Below are positions 1-9,260 of a stretch of DNA of 64,000 nt, piece after piece; position 1 is the first letter of the stretch; each line of letters begins with the position of its first letter. A program made the translations under genes and the position numbers. The notes under the pieces are model-generated. The model was given only the letters and a program-made list of their open reading frames with translations, was not told where the DNA came from and did no database searches. The stretch comes from an uncultured bacterium (lineage in GTDB: Bacteria; Krumholzibacteriota; Krumholzibacteriia; JACNKJ01): NCBI GenBank assembly GCA_963695095.1, contig CAVOFT010000001.1, positions 736,001 through 800,000 of the forward strand. Direction: 5' to 3'.

Positions 1-208
1 GCGGCGCATGACAATTCTTAAACCACTCTGTTTCAACTAGATACGAAGGCGCCCGCCCCCGGGGGCGGGTCGTGCTGCGCTCCGCCGCCCCCGCGCCGTC
101 CTGGGCAGTGGACGCCGACCCCCGCGCTGTGGACACTCCTGAGGACAGCAGGGCTCGCGGCCGGCCTGGCAGCGCGGCGCCTGCCGCCGCCCGCCGAAGG
201 GAGAGAGC

Positions 209-636
209 ATGGACTACCGGGAGACGCCCCGCGGCTACTTCGTCCGCATCGACCGGGGCGAGGAGATCGTCGCCACCCTCACCCGCTTCCTCGCCGAGCG
301 CGGCATCCGCTGCGGGGCGATCACGGGCATCGGCGCCGTGGACTCGCCCGAGCTGGGTCTCTTCACGATGACGACGAAGGAGTACCGCCGCCGCCGCTTC
401 GCCGGCGAGTACGAGATCGTCGCCCTGACCGGCAACGTGAGCAGCCTGGAGGGCAAGCCCTTCGCGCATATGCACGGGCTCTTCTCGGACGCTCGACTGC
501 CAGGTGGTCGGCGGGACATGTCTTCGAGGCCGTCGTGGGCGTGACCTGCGAGATCGACCTCGCGGTCTACCCCGGCGAGATGCAGCGCCGGCCCGACCCG
601 GCGACCGGCCTCAACCTGCTGGACTTCCGCGCCTGA
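209..636 (+). CDS. PPC domain (DUF296) putative DNA-binding protein, with two apparent 1-nt insertions (~494, ~516)
   Basis: RIDRGEEI, GAITGIGAV, EIVALTGNVS, HMHG motifs; correcting two indels gives CQVVGGHVFEAVVGVTCEI...TGLNLLDFRA* ending TGA at 634-636; purine-rich RBS before ATG 209. Confidence 0.75.
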
Positions 637-711
637 ACGCCAAGACGCGCCCCAAGGAGCGGGCGCGCCAGGATCGACGGCCGGGCGGGGCTCCGCCCGA
701 GCCGCCTGGCA

Positions 712-858
712 TCAGTAGAGCGCGCGAATGGCGCTGAAGGACGAAGCGGCGAGCGGCTCGTCGCCGAGTTCGGCCCGGATGTCCTCGGCGGCGCAGGGTG
801 AAGTGGCGATCAGAATGAGGACGAGAGCGATCAAGAACCCCAGCAGCTTGCGCGCCAT
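712..858 (-). CDS. 48-aa secreted microprotein: signal peptide plus C-terminal SFSAIRALY motif
   Basis: Hand translation MARKLLGFLIALVLILIATSPCAAEDIRAELGDEPLAASSFSAIRALY*; GGAGG RBS 7 nt upstream; not in the ORF track (too short). Confidence 0.75.
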   Translation of the reverse strand: MARKLLGFLIALVLILIATSPCAAEDIRAELGDEPLAASSFSAIRALY

Positions 859-915
859 CCCCACACCTCCATGCCCAGGGACACTCGAGACGCCTACGGC
901 TACGCATCAATAAGA

Positions 916-1083
916 GGCGGGGAAGACCGCAGGGAACCTGGGGAGGGAAAGCGGACCCTGGTTTGAGGCGGCGCGCCCCGCACGCACGGGGCTCTGTTCC
1001 GCGGGCGCTGCTCCGCCCTTGGGAACCTTGGCGCCGGCCTCTTTGCTTTCCCGGGGACCCGTTCGCGCTGTGGCTTCCCCGCC
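916..1083 (-). ncRNA. Putative structured RNA (long rod with two apical hairpins); 6S-like or cis-leader candidate
   Basis: Nested complementarity GGCGGGGAAG/CTTCCCCGCC, GGGAAAGC/GCTTTCCC, GAGGCGGCGC/GCGCCGGCCTC plus two internal hairpins; lies just downstream of a sigma70-like promoter. Confidence 0.45.
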
Positions 1084-1133
1084 GGTGGAGGGGGCCTTCC
1101 CCTCCGATTCGACCAGTGGTTGGCTGTGCTCGA

Positions 1134-1161
1134 AGTATAGCCCCGTTTCGGCGATCGTCAA
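1134..1161 (-). promoter_or_regulatory. sigma70-like promoter
   Basis: TTGACG-N16-TATACT on the minus strand. Confidence 0.6.
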
Positions 1162-1209
1162 ACGCGCGGGGCAATTTCTTCGCGGACCGCGCGCGTGTTT
1201 GCACCAGGG

Positions 1210-3032
1210 TCAGAGCGGCCAGCTCTCCGTCTCGATCAGACGATCGGCCAGGCGCCGCCGCAGGGCCACCGTGTCGATCGGCGTGTGCGCGAGCAAGTGA
1301 CTCAGGCCGGCGAGATGCAGACTCAAGGCGTCGTCGCTCAGCGCGCCCGCCAAGGCCTCGCGCGCGCTGCGCTCCAGGCGCGTGAGATGGGTGGCGCAGA
1401 CCAGCCGTGTCAGATCGGCGGCGAAGGCCGTGGCGTCCGCGTCCCCGCGCGCCTCGATCTTGAGCGCGCGCAGCAGGCTGGACTCCATCGCGTAGATGTC
1501 CATGACCATGTCGGAGAGGAAGGAGATCAGCTCCTCGTGCTCCATGGGCTCGCTTGAGCCCGTCGCCCAGCGCCTCGGCCACGGCGCCCAGCGCCAGCAG
1601 GGTCGCCTGCTTGCCCTGCGCCACGGCGCTGCGCTCGGCAGCGAGGAAGCCATCGGTCGCGCCCGCCGGGACGGCCGGCGCCGGCAGCGCATCGATCAGC
1701 AGCTTGGCGCGCGCAAAGACGGGCAGGTGGTTCTTGGCCGCCTTCTTGAGCACGTCGCCCGCGATGATGAGGCGGTTGATCTCGTTCGTGCCCTCGAAGA
1801 TGCGGTTGATGCGGCTGTCGCGGTAGTAGCGCTCGGCCACGTACTCCTGCGAGTAGCCGTAGCCGCCGTGGATCTGCACGCACTCGTCCACGCAGTAGTC
1901 GAGCACCTCGGAGCAGTAGACCTTCATCATCGAGCACTCGGTCATGTACTCGCGGATGCCGTGCTCGACGACCTGGCCGTCGTAGTCGGGCGCCGCCTTG
2001 TCGAGGCTGGCGATGTTCTGGTCGATGTAGCCCGCCGTGCGGTAGACCATGCTCTGGGCGGCGTACACGCGCGCGGCCATCTCGCCGATCTTGTGCTTGA
2101 TCATGCCGAAGCTGGGTGATCGGCCGGCCGAACTGCTGGCGGCCGTTGCCGTAGCGCACGGCATCCAGCATGGCCAGCTCGGCGCCGCCCACCGCGCCCG
2201 CGCCCAGCTTGAAGCGCCCCACGTTGAGGATGTTGAAGGCGATCGCCGCGCCGCGGCCGATGCGGCCGAGCACGTTGGCGGCCGGCACCTTGACGTCCTC
2301 GAGCACCAGGGTGCGCGTCGAGGAGCCCTTGATGCCCAGCTTCTTCTCCTCGTTGCCCGAGCGGAAGCCCGGCATGTCCTTCTCGAGGATGAAGGCCGTG
2401 AAGCGATCCCTGCCGCCCGCTTCCTCGGGTGGCACCTGGGCGAAGACGATGAAGAGGTCGGCGAAGCCGGCGTTGGTGATCCACATCTTCTCGCCGTTGA
2501 GCACGAAGTGGCTGCCGTCGGCGCTGGGCACGGCCTTGGCGCGGGCGGCCATGGCGTCGGAGCCGCTGCCGGCCTCGGTGAGGGCGTAGGCGCCGAGCAG
2601 CTCGCCCGTGGCCAGGCGCGGCAGGTACTTCTGCTTCTGCTCGGGCGTGCCGAAGTAGACGATGGGCAGGGTGCCGATGCCCGTGTGGGCGCCGTGCCCG
2701 ACCTGGAAGGAGCCGCTGGGGGACAGCTTCTCGGCGACCAGCATGCCCACGCGCTTGGGCATCGCCATGCCGCCGTAGGCCTCGGGCACGTCCAGGGCGA
2801 GCAGGCCGAGGCCGCCGGCCTCCTTGAGCAGGCCGGCCATGGCGCCGGGTGTCAGCGATTCCAGCGCGTCGAGCTGCGGCAGCACCGAGCCCTGGACGAA
2901 CTTCTCGACCATGTCGCCGATCATGCGCTCGTCCTGGCTGAAATCCTCGGGCGCGAAGACCTGCTCCGGCGGATGCTCGTCCACGAGGAAGCTACAGCCC
3001 AGGATCATCGTCGCCTTGCTCTCGTCCGCCAT
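1210..3032 (-). CDS. Acyl-CoA dehydrogenase (FadE/VLCAD-like), frameshifted at ~2115 and ~1553
   Basis: YALTEAGSGSDA, GEKMWITN, KLGIKGSST, ECVQIHGGYGY, YRDSRINRIFEGTNEINR; split across three ORF-track frames. Confidence 0.9.
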
Positions 3033-3147
3033 CACATCCGTCCTTTCCCGTGGTGATCGACTGCGGGGGCGCAGGTCCCTGCCTGCCCGATGATAGCGAG
3101 CGCGCCCGGCCCGCGTCCAGCGCGAGCACGTAGCGCGCCCGTGCCGC

Positions 3148-4932
3148 TCAGGTGGCCGGCGGCCCCGTGCCCGGCACCTCGGGCTTGACCATCAGCGTCC
3201 GCTCGCGTGTGCACAGGGCCAGCCCCGGCGTGCCCTTGCGCGGTTTGCGCACATAGCGTTTCTCCGTGTAGATCACGGGGACGAGCCCGCTGTGCCGGGC
3301 CTTGCTGTGGAAGGCCGCGATCGCGGCCGCGGCCTCCAGGATGAACTTGGGCGGCGCGCCGCGATGGCCGCCCGTGCGCAGGATGACGTGGCTGCCCGAG
3401 GCGCCCGCGGCGTGGAACCAGAGGTCCTGGCTGGCGGCCTCGCGGTGGGTCAGCTCGTCGTTCTCGCGGTTGTTGCGCCCGACGAGCACCTCCCAGCCGC
3501 CCGGCAGCGCGTAGCGGCGAAACGGGCGCTTGGCGGGCTGGGGGCGGCTGCCGGGCGTCGTCGAGCGCAGGTCGAAGAGCGAGGCGGCGTGACCCAGGCG
3601 CAGCAGTTCCTCGCGCAGGGCCTCGATCTCGGCCAGGTCCCGGCAGCGGCAATTGGCCAGCGCGGGCAGCCGCTCCAGCAGCAATTCCTCGTCCTCGATG
3701 ATGCGCCGACGCACCTCTTCCAGGCGCAGCTCGACGGTCTGCAGGCCGCGCTGGCCCTTGGCGGCCCGCTGGTAGAGCCGGCCCAGGTTCTCCTGGGGGC
3801 TGCGCGCGGGATCGAGGGGGATCTCCAGCGACCGCTCGCCGTCGTGCACGTCCGGGTACTCCACGGAGGCCGCGCCCCGCCGCACCTCGTGCAGGTGGGC
3901 GGCCAGGGTGTCGGCCTGGCGGCGCAAATCGCCGCCCGCGGCGGCGCGCTCCCAGTCCGCCTCGAGCCGCGTCAGGAGGCGGCGATTGCGCTGGTGCCGC
4001 TGCTCGAGGCCCCGGCGCAGGGTGGCCATCAGCTCGGACATCTGCAGGCGCGCCATGCAGCCGCGGCCCATGAAGTTCAGCGCGCTGGGATAGTCCTCGA
4101 AGCGGAAGACGTCCTGCCCCGCCATGGCCGGGTCCGGGCCCGTCGACAGCGGGAAGGGGTGGATGCGGCAGGGCCGCGGGCTGCCCGGCGGGTAGCTGAG
4201 CACGTGGATGGTCTCGCGGCCCTGGCGCACGCGCTCGACCCAGCGGCCGAGCCGCCTCGCCAGCACGACGCAGGGATCCTCGCGCGGGTGCGGTTCGGGG
4301 CGCTGGACCAGGTAGCGCACGGAGATCGGCTTGAAGCCGCGGATCCCGCGACAGAGGTCCTCGGGCAAGGCCGCCTCGCCGCCCACGCGCACGCGCTCGA
4401 GCAGGGCTGCGGGCCAGGCCGCGAAGCCGGCCGGGGCGAGCGGCAAGTCTTGCCCTGATTCGTCGGCGGCCTGGGCGTAGACTGCCCCCGGCCGGTGCTC
4501 GGAGCCGCCCTTGCGCGTGGCGCGGATGACGCGCCCCTCGACGTCGGTCAGAACCAGGCGCCCGCCGGCAAAGAACTCCACGTAGAGATGCAAGTAGCCG
4601 AATTCCCTGAAATTAGCGGAAGCGCTGAAGTCCAGGCGCAGCAGGCTTTGCCCGGGCACCGGCGACCCGCCCAGGAAGCTGGCGCCTTCGAGATGGGGCG
4701 GCAGGAAGCTGAAGTCGTGGCGCTGGTCCTGGAACCGAATATGCTCGAACTCCTCGTGGAGCTTCGTGTCCAGGTGCAGTCCCTGCGCGCCCTGGTGCAG
4801 GTGCAGCAGAAGAACCTGGCCCCCTTCGAAGACCAGCGCCAGCACGGGACCATTCCAGGTGATGCGCTGGAGGCGGCGCCCCTGAAGCCGGTCGAGCAGC
4901 GGAGCGGCCATCAGGAGATTCGGGAAGTCCAC
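3148..4932 (-). CDS. NFACT/FbpA (RqcH-like) protein with C-terminal NFACT-R domain
   Basis: LEIPLDPARSPQEN..YQRAAK, VGRNNRENDELT, DLWFHAAGASGSHV, YTEKRYVRKPRK; GTG start at 4932 (TTG 4953 is the alternative). Confidence 0.85.
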   Translation of the reverse strand: MDFPNLLMAAPLLDRLQGRRLQRITWNGPVLALVFEGGQVLLLHLHQGAQGLHLDTKLHEEFEHIRFQDQRHDFSFLPPHLEGASFLGGSPVPGQSLLRLDFSASANFREFGYLHLYVEFFAGGRLVLTDVEGRVIRATRKGGSEHRPGAVYAQAADESGQDLPLAPAGFAAWPAALLERVRVGGEAALPEDLCRGIRGFKPISVRYLVQRPEPHPREDPCVVLARRLGRWVERVRQGRETIHVLSYPPGSPRPCRIHPFPLSTGPDPAMAGQDVFRFEDYPSALNFMGRGCMARLQMSELMATLRRGLEQRHQRNRRLLTRLEADWERAAAGGDLRRQADTLAAHLHEVRRGAASVEYPDVHDGERSLEIPLDPARSPQENLGRLYQRAAKGQRGLQTVELRLEEVRRRIIEDEELLLERLPALANCRCRDLAEIEALREELLRLGHAASLFDLRSTTPGSRPQPAKRPFRRYALPGGWEVLVGRNNRENDELTHREAASQDLWFHAAGASGSHVILRTGGHRGAPPKFILEAAAAIAAFHSKARHSGLVPVIYTEKRYVRKPRKGTPGLALCTRERTLMVKPEVPGTGPPAT

Positions 4933-5078
4933 GGGACCCTTCTCCCCGCTCAAGTCACCGAGGGAAGCTGCCGAAACCCGGGGAAGCGACGTCGCTGGTC
5001 CTTGCGGGCGACGCGCCCGGCGCAGGGACCGGCGCTGATTCGGTACTGAGAATCGAGATCAGGAGAAGCTAGCACGGA

Positions 5079-7502
5079 ATGAGCAGCGCCGCAACCGGAG
5101 CCCGGCACCTCAGCGTCTTGTGCGCCGCGGCCTTGCTGTGGGCAGCCCTGCTGCTGCCCGCGCCGGCACTGGCCCAGCTCGACTCCGACGGCGACCTGCT
5201 CGACGACTCCGTCGAGACCGCGGCCGGCACTGACCCCTTCGATCCCGACAGCGACGACGACGAGGTCCTCGACGGCCTCGAGACCGCCTGGAACTCGGAC
5301 ACCGACGGCGACGGCCTCATCAATGCCCTCGACCGGGACAGCGACGGCGACGGCCTCCACGACGGCCAGGAAGTCGCCCTGGGCACGAGCATGGTGCTGG
5401 TGGACAGCGATGTCGACGGCCTCGATGACTACGCCGAGGTGATGGTCTACCACACCAATCCCGCCCTCTACGACACGGATGCCGAGGGTTTGAACGATTT
5501 CGAGGAAGTCGCCTTCGGCATCGACGGCCTGCTCACCGACCCCTGGCGCGCGGATACCGACGGCGACGGCCTCAGCGACTACCAGGAGCGCCCTCTGGCC
5601 TACGGCGGCTACGGCACCAACGCCACGCGGCCGGATACCGACTCGGACGGCCTCAACGACTACGAAGAGGTCTTCCCGGGCCAGGACGGCTACACGACGA
5701 ATCCGCGCCTCGCCGATACGGACACGGACGGGCTCAGCGACGGCGCCGAGTTCATCCACGGCACCAGCCCCGTGGCGGCCGACACCGATGGCGACGGCCT
5801 GAACGATTTCCAGGAGCTCTTCACCTACGGCACCAACCCGCGCCTCGCCGACACCGACGCCGACGGCGTCAGCGACTGGGGCGAGATCCAGGTCTACGGC
5901 ACCGATCCCCTGCTCGTGGACACGGACGGCGATGGGCTGATGGACGGCGAGGAGATCACCGCGGGCTGGGACGGCTACCAGACCGATCCGCTGGACCCGG
6001 ACACCGACAACGACGGCGTCAACGACGGCCACGAGGCGGACCTGGGCACGAATCCCCTGCAGCCGGACAGCGACGGCGACGGCCTGTCCGACGGCGACGA
6101 GGTGGCCGGCGGCACCAACCCCAACGCCGCCGACACGGACGGCGACGGCATCAACGATCGCAACGAGATCCTGGCCGGGCTCCTGCCCTTGGTGCCGGAC
6201 AGCGACGGCGACGGCCTGCTCGACGGCGACGAGCCCTTCTGGAACAGCGACACGGACGGTGACGGCGTCATCAACGCGCTGGATCCGGACAGTGACAACG
6301 ACGGCATCATCGACGGCCAGGAAGGCGCGCTCGGCGGCAATCCGCTGCTGGCCGATACCGATGGGGACGGCCTCGCCGACGGCATCGAGGCCATCCTCGG
6401 CACCTTCCTCGATGACGACGACACGGAGGACGACGGCGTCACCGACGCCGCGGAGATCGCCCTGGGTACGGATCCCCGGCTCCGGGACAGCGACGGCGAC
6501 GGCCTCGGCGACGGCCTCGAGATCGGCCTCACGGCGCCGCAGGGCGACGACACCGCGGCCGGCCACTTCACGAGCGACGCGGATCCGTCGACGACCACGA
6601 ATCCCCTGCTCGCCGATACCGACGGCGACGGCCTCGCCGACGGCTTCGAGGACGCCAACGGCAACGGGCGCCGCGACGGCAACGATCCCACCGACGGCGT
6701 GAGCGACTGGGGCACGGGCGGCGAGGTGAATCCGCTGGCCCTGGATACCGACGGCGACGGCTTCAGCGACAGCAACGAGATCGCCGCCGGCGGCGACCCG
6801 CTGCTGCCCTTCACCTCGCAGGACCTCGACTGGAGCGCGGACAGCCTGGCCATGGCAGTGGCGCTGGGCGCGGTGCACAGCGATTCGCTCGCGCTCGTCA
6901 ACACCACCGCCGGCCTGAATCCCGATCCCAGCGACGGGCCCGGCCGCGGCGACATCGAGGCGGTGCGCATCGAGGCGAGCGACCTCTACAGCGATAGCGG
7001 CCGCCGCCTGCCCGCCGAGTGGCTGCGTTTCCAGCCCGACCGCATCTTCGTGCTGCCCAGCGGCGTCGACAGCCTGGTGACGATCTCCGTGCTCCTGCCC
7101 AAGAGCGCCGCCTCGGGCACCTTCCGCGGCGTCGTCACGGCCAGCGCCGGCGGCGGCGTGCCCTTCGCCCAGTTCCAGCTCGTCGTCAACGTGACCGGCG
7201 GCGGCGCCCTCGAAGTGCTGCCCAATCCCGTCTACGCCGATCGCAGTCCGAGCTGCGAGTTCAGCTTCCGCAGCGAGCCGGGGCTGGAGATCGCCATCGA
7301 CATCTACACGATGGCCCTGGAGCAGGTCTGCACGCTGCTCGGGGAGGGCATCTACACCGACGCCGAGATGCACAGCGTGATCTGGGACCTGGCCAACGCC
7401 GGCGGGCGGCGGGTGGCCAGCGGCGTCTACCTGGCGGTGGCGCGCTTCAAGACGCCGGCGGGCGAGAGCATCGAGCGGCGCAAGGTCATGGTGGTCCACT
7501 AG
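5079..7502 (+). CDS. Secreted Ca-binding thrombospondin type-3-like repeat protein with C-terminal FlgD-Ig/T9SS-type domain
   Basis: Signal peptide (..PALA/Q); more than 20 D-[TS]-D-x-D-G-[LIV]-x-D...G-T-[DN]-P repeats; C-terminus VLPNP...WD...VASGVYL..KVMVVH. Confidence 0.85.
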   Translation: MSSAATGARHLSVLCAAALLWAALLLPAPALAQLDSDGDLLDDSVETAAGTDPFDPDSDDDEVLDGLETAWNSDTDGDGLINALDRDSDGDGLHDGQEVALGTSMVLVDSDVDGLDDYAEVMVYHTNPALYDTDAEGLNDFEEVAFGIDGLLTDPWRADTDGDGLSDYQERPLAYGGYGTNATRPDTDSDGLNDYEEVFPGQDGYTTNPRLADTDTDGLSDGAEFIHGTSPVAADTDGDGLNDFQELFTYGTNPRLADTDADGVSDWGEIQVYGTDPLLVDTDGDGLMDGEEITAGWDGYQTDPLDPDTDNDGVNDGHEADLGTNPLQPDSDGDGLSDGDEVAGGTNPNAADTDGDGINDRNEILAGLLPLVPDSDGDGLLDGDEPFWNSDTDGDGVINALDPDSDNDGIIDGQEGALGGNPLLADTDGDGLADGIEAILGTFLDDDDTEDDGVTDAAEIALGTDPRLRDSDGDGLGDGLEIGLTAPQGDDTAAGHFTSDADPSTTTNPLLADTDGDGLADGFEDANGNGRRDGNDPTDGVSDWGTGGEVNPLALDTDGDGFSDSNEIAAGGDPLLPFTSQDLDWSADSLAMAVALGAVHSDSLALVNTTAGLNPDPSDGPGRGDIEAVRIEASDLYSDSGRRLPAEWLRFQPDRIFVLPSGVDSLVTISVLLPKSAASGTFRGVVTASAGGGVPFAQFQLVVNVTGGGALEVLPNPVYADRSPSCEFSFRSEPGLEIAIDIYTMALEQVCTLLGEGIYTDAEMHSVIWDLANAGGRRVASGVYLAVARFKTPAGESIERRKVMVVH

Positions 7503-7510
7503 GAGGGGCG

Positions 7511-8929
7511 ATGAGCGAGCGACGCCAGAAATACATCCTCGCGCTCTTCATCGCGCTGTTCTTCTTCCTGCTCGGCCTCACCGAGCGCGAGGCGGATGGC
7601 GCCGAGCTGAACGACCACGTGGGCTCGAGCCACTCGGTGGTGGGCGCCCTCGGCCTGGACGCGCGCGCGGCGGCGCTGGGCTTCGCCGTCACTGCCGTGG
7701 ACCTGGGCGCCGCCAACCTCAATTACAATCCGGCGGCCATGGCCCTGGCCAGCTCGCGGCATCTCTACCTGGGCCATGTGGACTGGGTGCTGGACACGAG
7801 CCTGAGCGAGAGCGTGGCCCTGCTGCCGATGGCGGGCGAGAACGTGCTCGGGCTGGGCCTGCTCTACTTCGATCAGGGCACCATCGACGAGGTGCTCGAC
7901 GACGGCAGCTACACCGGCGAGCGCCTGGGCGCGCGCGATTTCCAGGCCAGCCTCGGCCTCGGCCACCGCTTTCCTTACGGCATCAACGTCGGCATGCGCT
8001 TCGTCGTGTTCCACAAGACGCTGGGCTGGGAGCGCGCCGCGGGCATGATGGGCGACCTGGGCATCCTCAGCCCGGACCTGGACGGCTTCCGCCTCGGCGC
8101 CGCGATCCAGGGCTTCGGCCCGGCGCTGCGCTTTCGCGAGATCGAGGATCCCGCGCCCCTGCGCTATCGCCTGGGCGTGGCGCACACCGCGGTCGTGGAC
8201 CGGGACTTCCGGCTGCTCACCTGCCTGGACTTCGTGATCCCCCGCGACAACTACAATGCCTTCCACGTCGGCAGCGAGTGGGAGTACCACGAGCTGCTCG
8301 CCCTGCGCGTGGGCTATGGCCGCACGCTGCTGGAGGACGGCACGCCCGAGAGCGACCGCTTCAGCTACGGCGCCGGCCTGCGCCTGGGCGGCTATCGCTT
8401 CGACTACGCCTACTCGCCCAAGTCCGACTTCGACCCCGTGCACCGCTTCTCGGTGAACTTCGCCCTCGCCTCGCCGCCGCCGGCGGCGCTGCCCGCGATC
8501 GCGCCCATGGCCGCCGGAACGATGGCGACAGCGGACGCGGACAGCGGCGTCTCCGTGGGCGTCGAGCCCCTGCCGCGGGTGACCGTGCTGCGTGGCATCA
8601 ACTTCGACATCGCCAGCGCCGAGATCGGCCCCGAGAGCCGGCCGCTGCTGAACACCATCTACGAGCGCCTGCTACACACGCCCCACGTGGAGGCGGTGGA
8701 GATCCAGGGCCACACGGACAACACGGGTGACCCGGAGTTCAACCGCCGGCTCTCGCTCGAGCGCGCCCGCGCCGTGCGCGACTACTTCGTGCTGCAGGGC
8801 TACGGGGTGGACAAGCTCGGCGTGATGGGCTTCGGCGACACGGTGGCCCTGGTCGGCAACGACACGGCCGAGGGTCGCGCCGCCAACCGCCGCATCGAGC
8901 TGCACGTGATCCGGCGCGTCACCGACTAG
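7511..8929 (+). CDS. PorV/FadL-like outer-membrane barrel fused to a C-terminal OmpA-like peptidoglycan-binding domain
   Basis: DARAAALG, YNPAAMA, LALRVGY, SYGAG..YRFDYAY..HRFS (PorV/PorQ-type); INFDIASA, IQGHTDNTG, LSLERA, NRRIE (OmpA_C); AGGAGG RBS. Confidence 0.8.
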   Translation: MSERRQKYILALFIALFFFLLGLTEREADGAELNDHVGSSHSVVGALGLDARAAALGFAVTAVDLGAANLNYNPAAMALASSRHLYLGHVDWVLDTSLSESVALLPMAGENVLGLGLLYFDQGTIDEVLDDGSYTGERLGARDFQASLGLGHRFPYGINVGMRFVVFHKTLGWERAAGMMGDLGILSPDLDGFRLGAAIQGFGPALRFREIEDPAPLRYRLGVAHTAVVDRDFRLLTCLDFVIPRDNYNAFHVGSEWEYHELLALRVGYGRTLLEDGTPESDRFSYGAGLRLGGYRFDYAYSPKSDFDPVHRFSVNFALASPPPAALPAIAPMAAGTMATADADSGVSVGVEPLPRVTVLRGINFDIASAEIGPESRPLLNTIYERLLHTPHVEAVEIQGHTDNTGDPEFNRRLSLERARAVRDYFVLQGYGVDKLGVMGFGDTVALVGNDTAEGRAANRRIELHVIRRVTD

Positions 8930-8959
8930 CGCGCGGCGGGCGGACCATGACCAACCGAA

Positions 8960-9024
8960 GGGCTGCAGCGACCCTCCTCCGCGCACCGCTTCACAGGTGC
9001 GCGTCAGAGGGCCGCTGCGGCCCC
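8960..9024 (+). repeat. Hairpin repeat copy A (REP-like)
   Basis: 42-nt core (8972-9013) identical to the reverse complement of copy B at 12172-12237; the outer stem differs but still pairs. Confidence 0.85.
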
Positions 9025-9099
9025 ACGCTCACACGCGCTCCATCCGCCGCGCGCTAGTTGGTGCCCTTGGCGGGCCAGCTTCGAGCGCCTGCGCAAGCA

Positions 9100-9240
9100 A
9101 GGGCACGCCGAAGCGAAGGACGAGCTTCCGCTGGCTGCCCCTGCGGCACTGGCCGAGGCGGAGTGTACACGTGTACAAAACGAGCCGCCCTGCCAGGGCG
9201 TGATCTGCTGCTGCGGGGCATGCGGCGCCGGGTACGCGCA
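9100..9240 (+). pseudogene. Degenerate gene fragment homologous to 60935-61040 (possibly HNH-endonuclease family), containing palindrome TGTACACGTGTACA
   Basis: Reads ..LAAPAALAEAECTRVQNEPPCQGVICCCGACG; nucleotide similarity to the 60.9 kb remnant. Confidence 0.55.
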
Positions 9241-9260
9241 TGCCTGCTGAAGGATGGAGC

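Noticed and set aside
5180..6810. CRISPR-like or DNA tandem array
   Set aside because: The repeats are degenerate in-frame codons for DxDGDG calcium-binding motifs, not constant repeats with spacers
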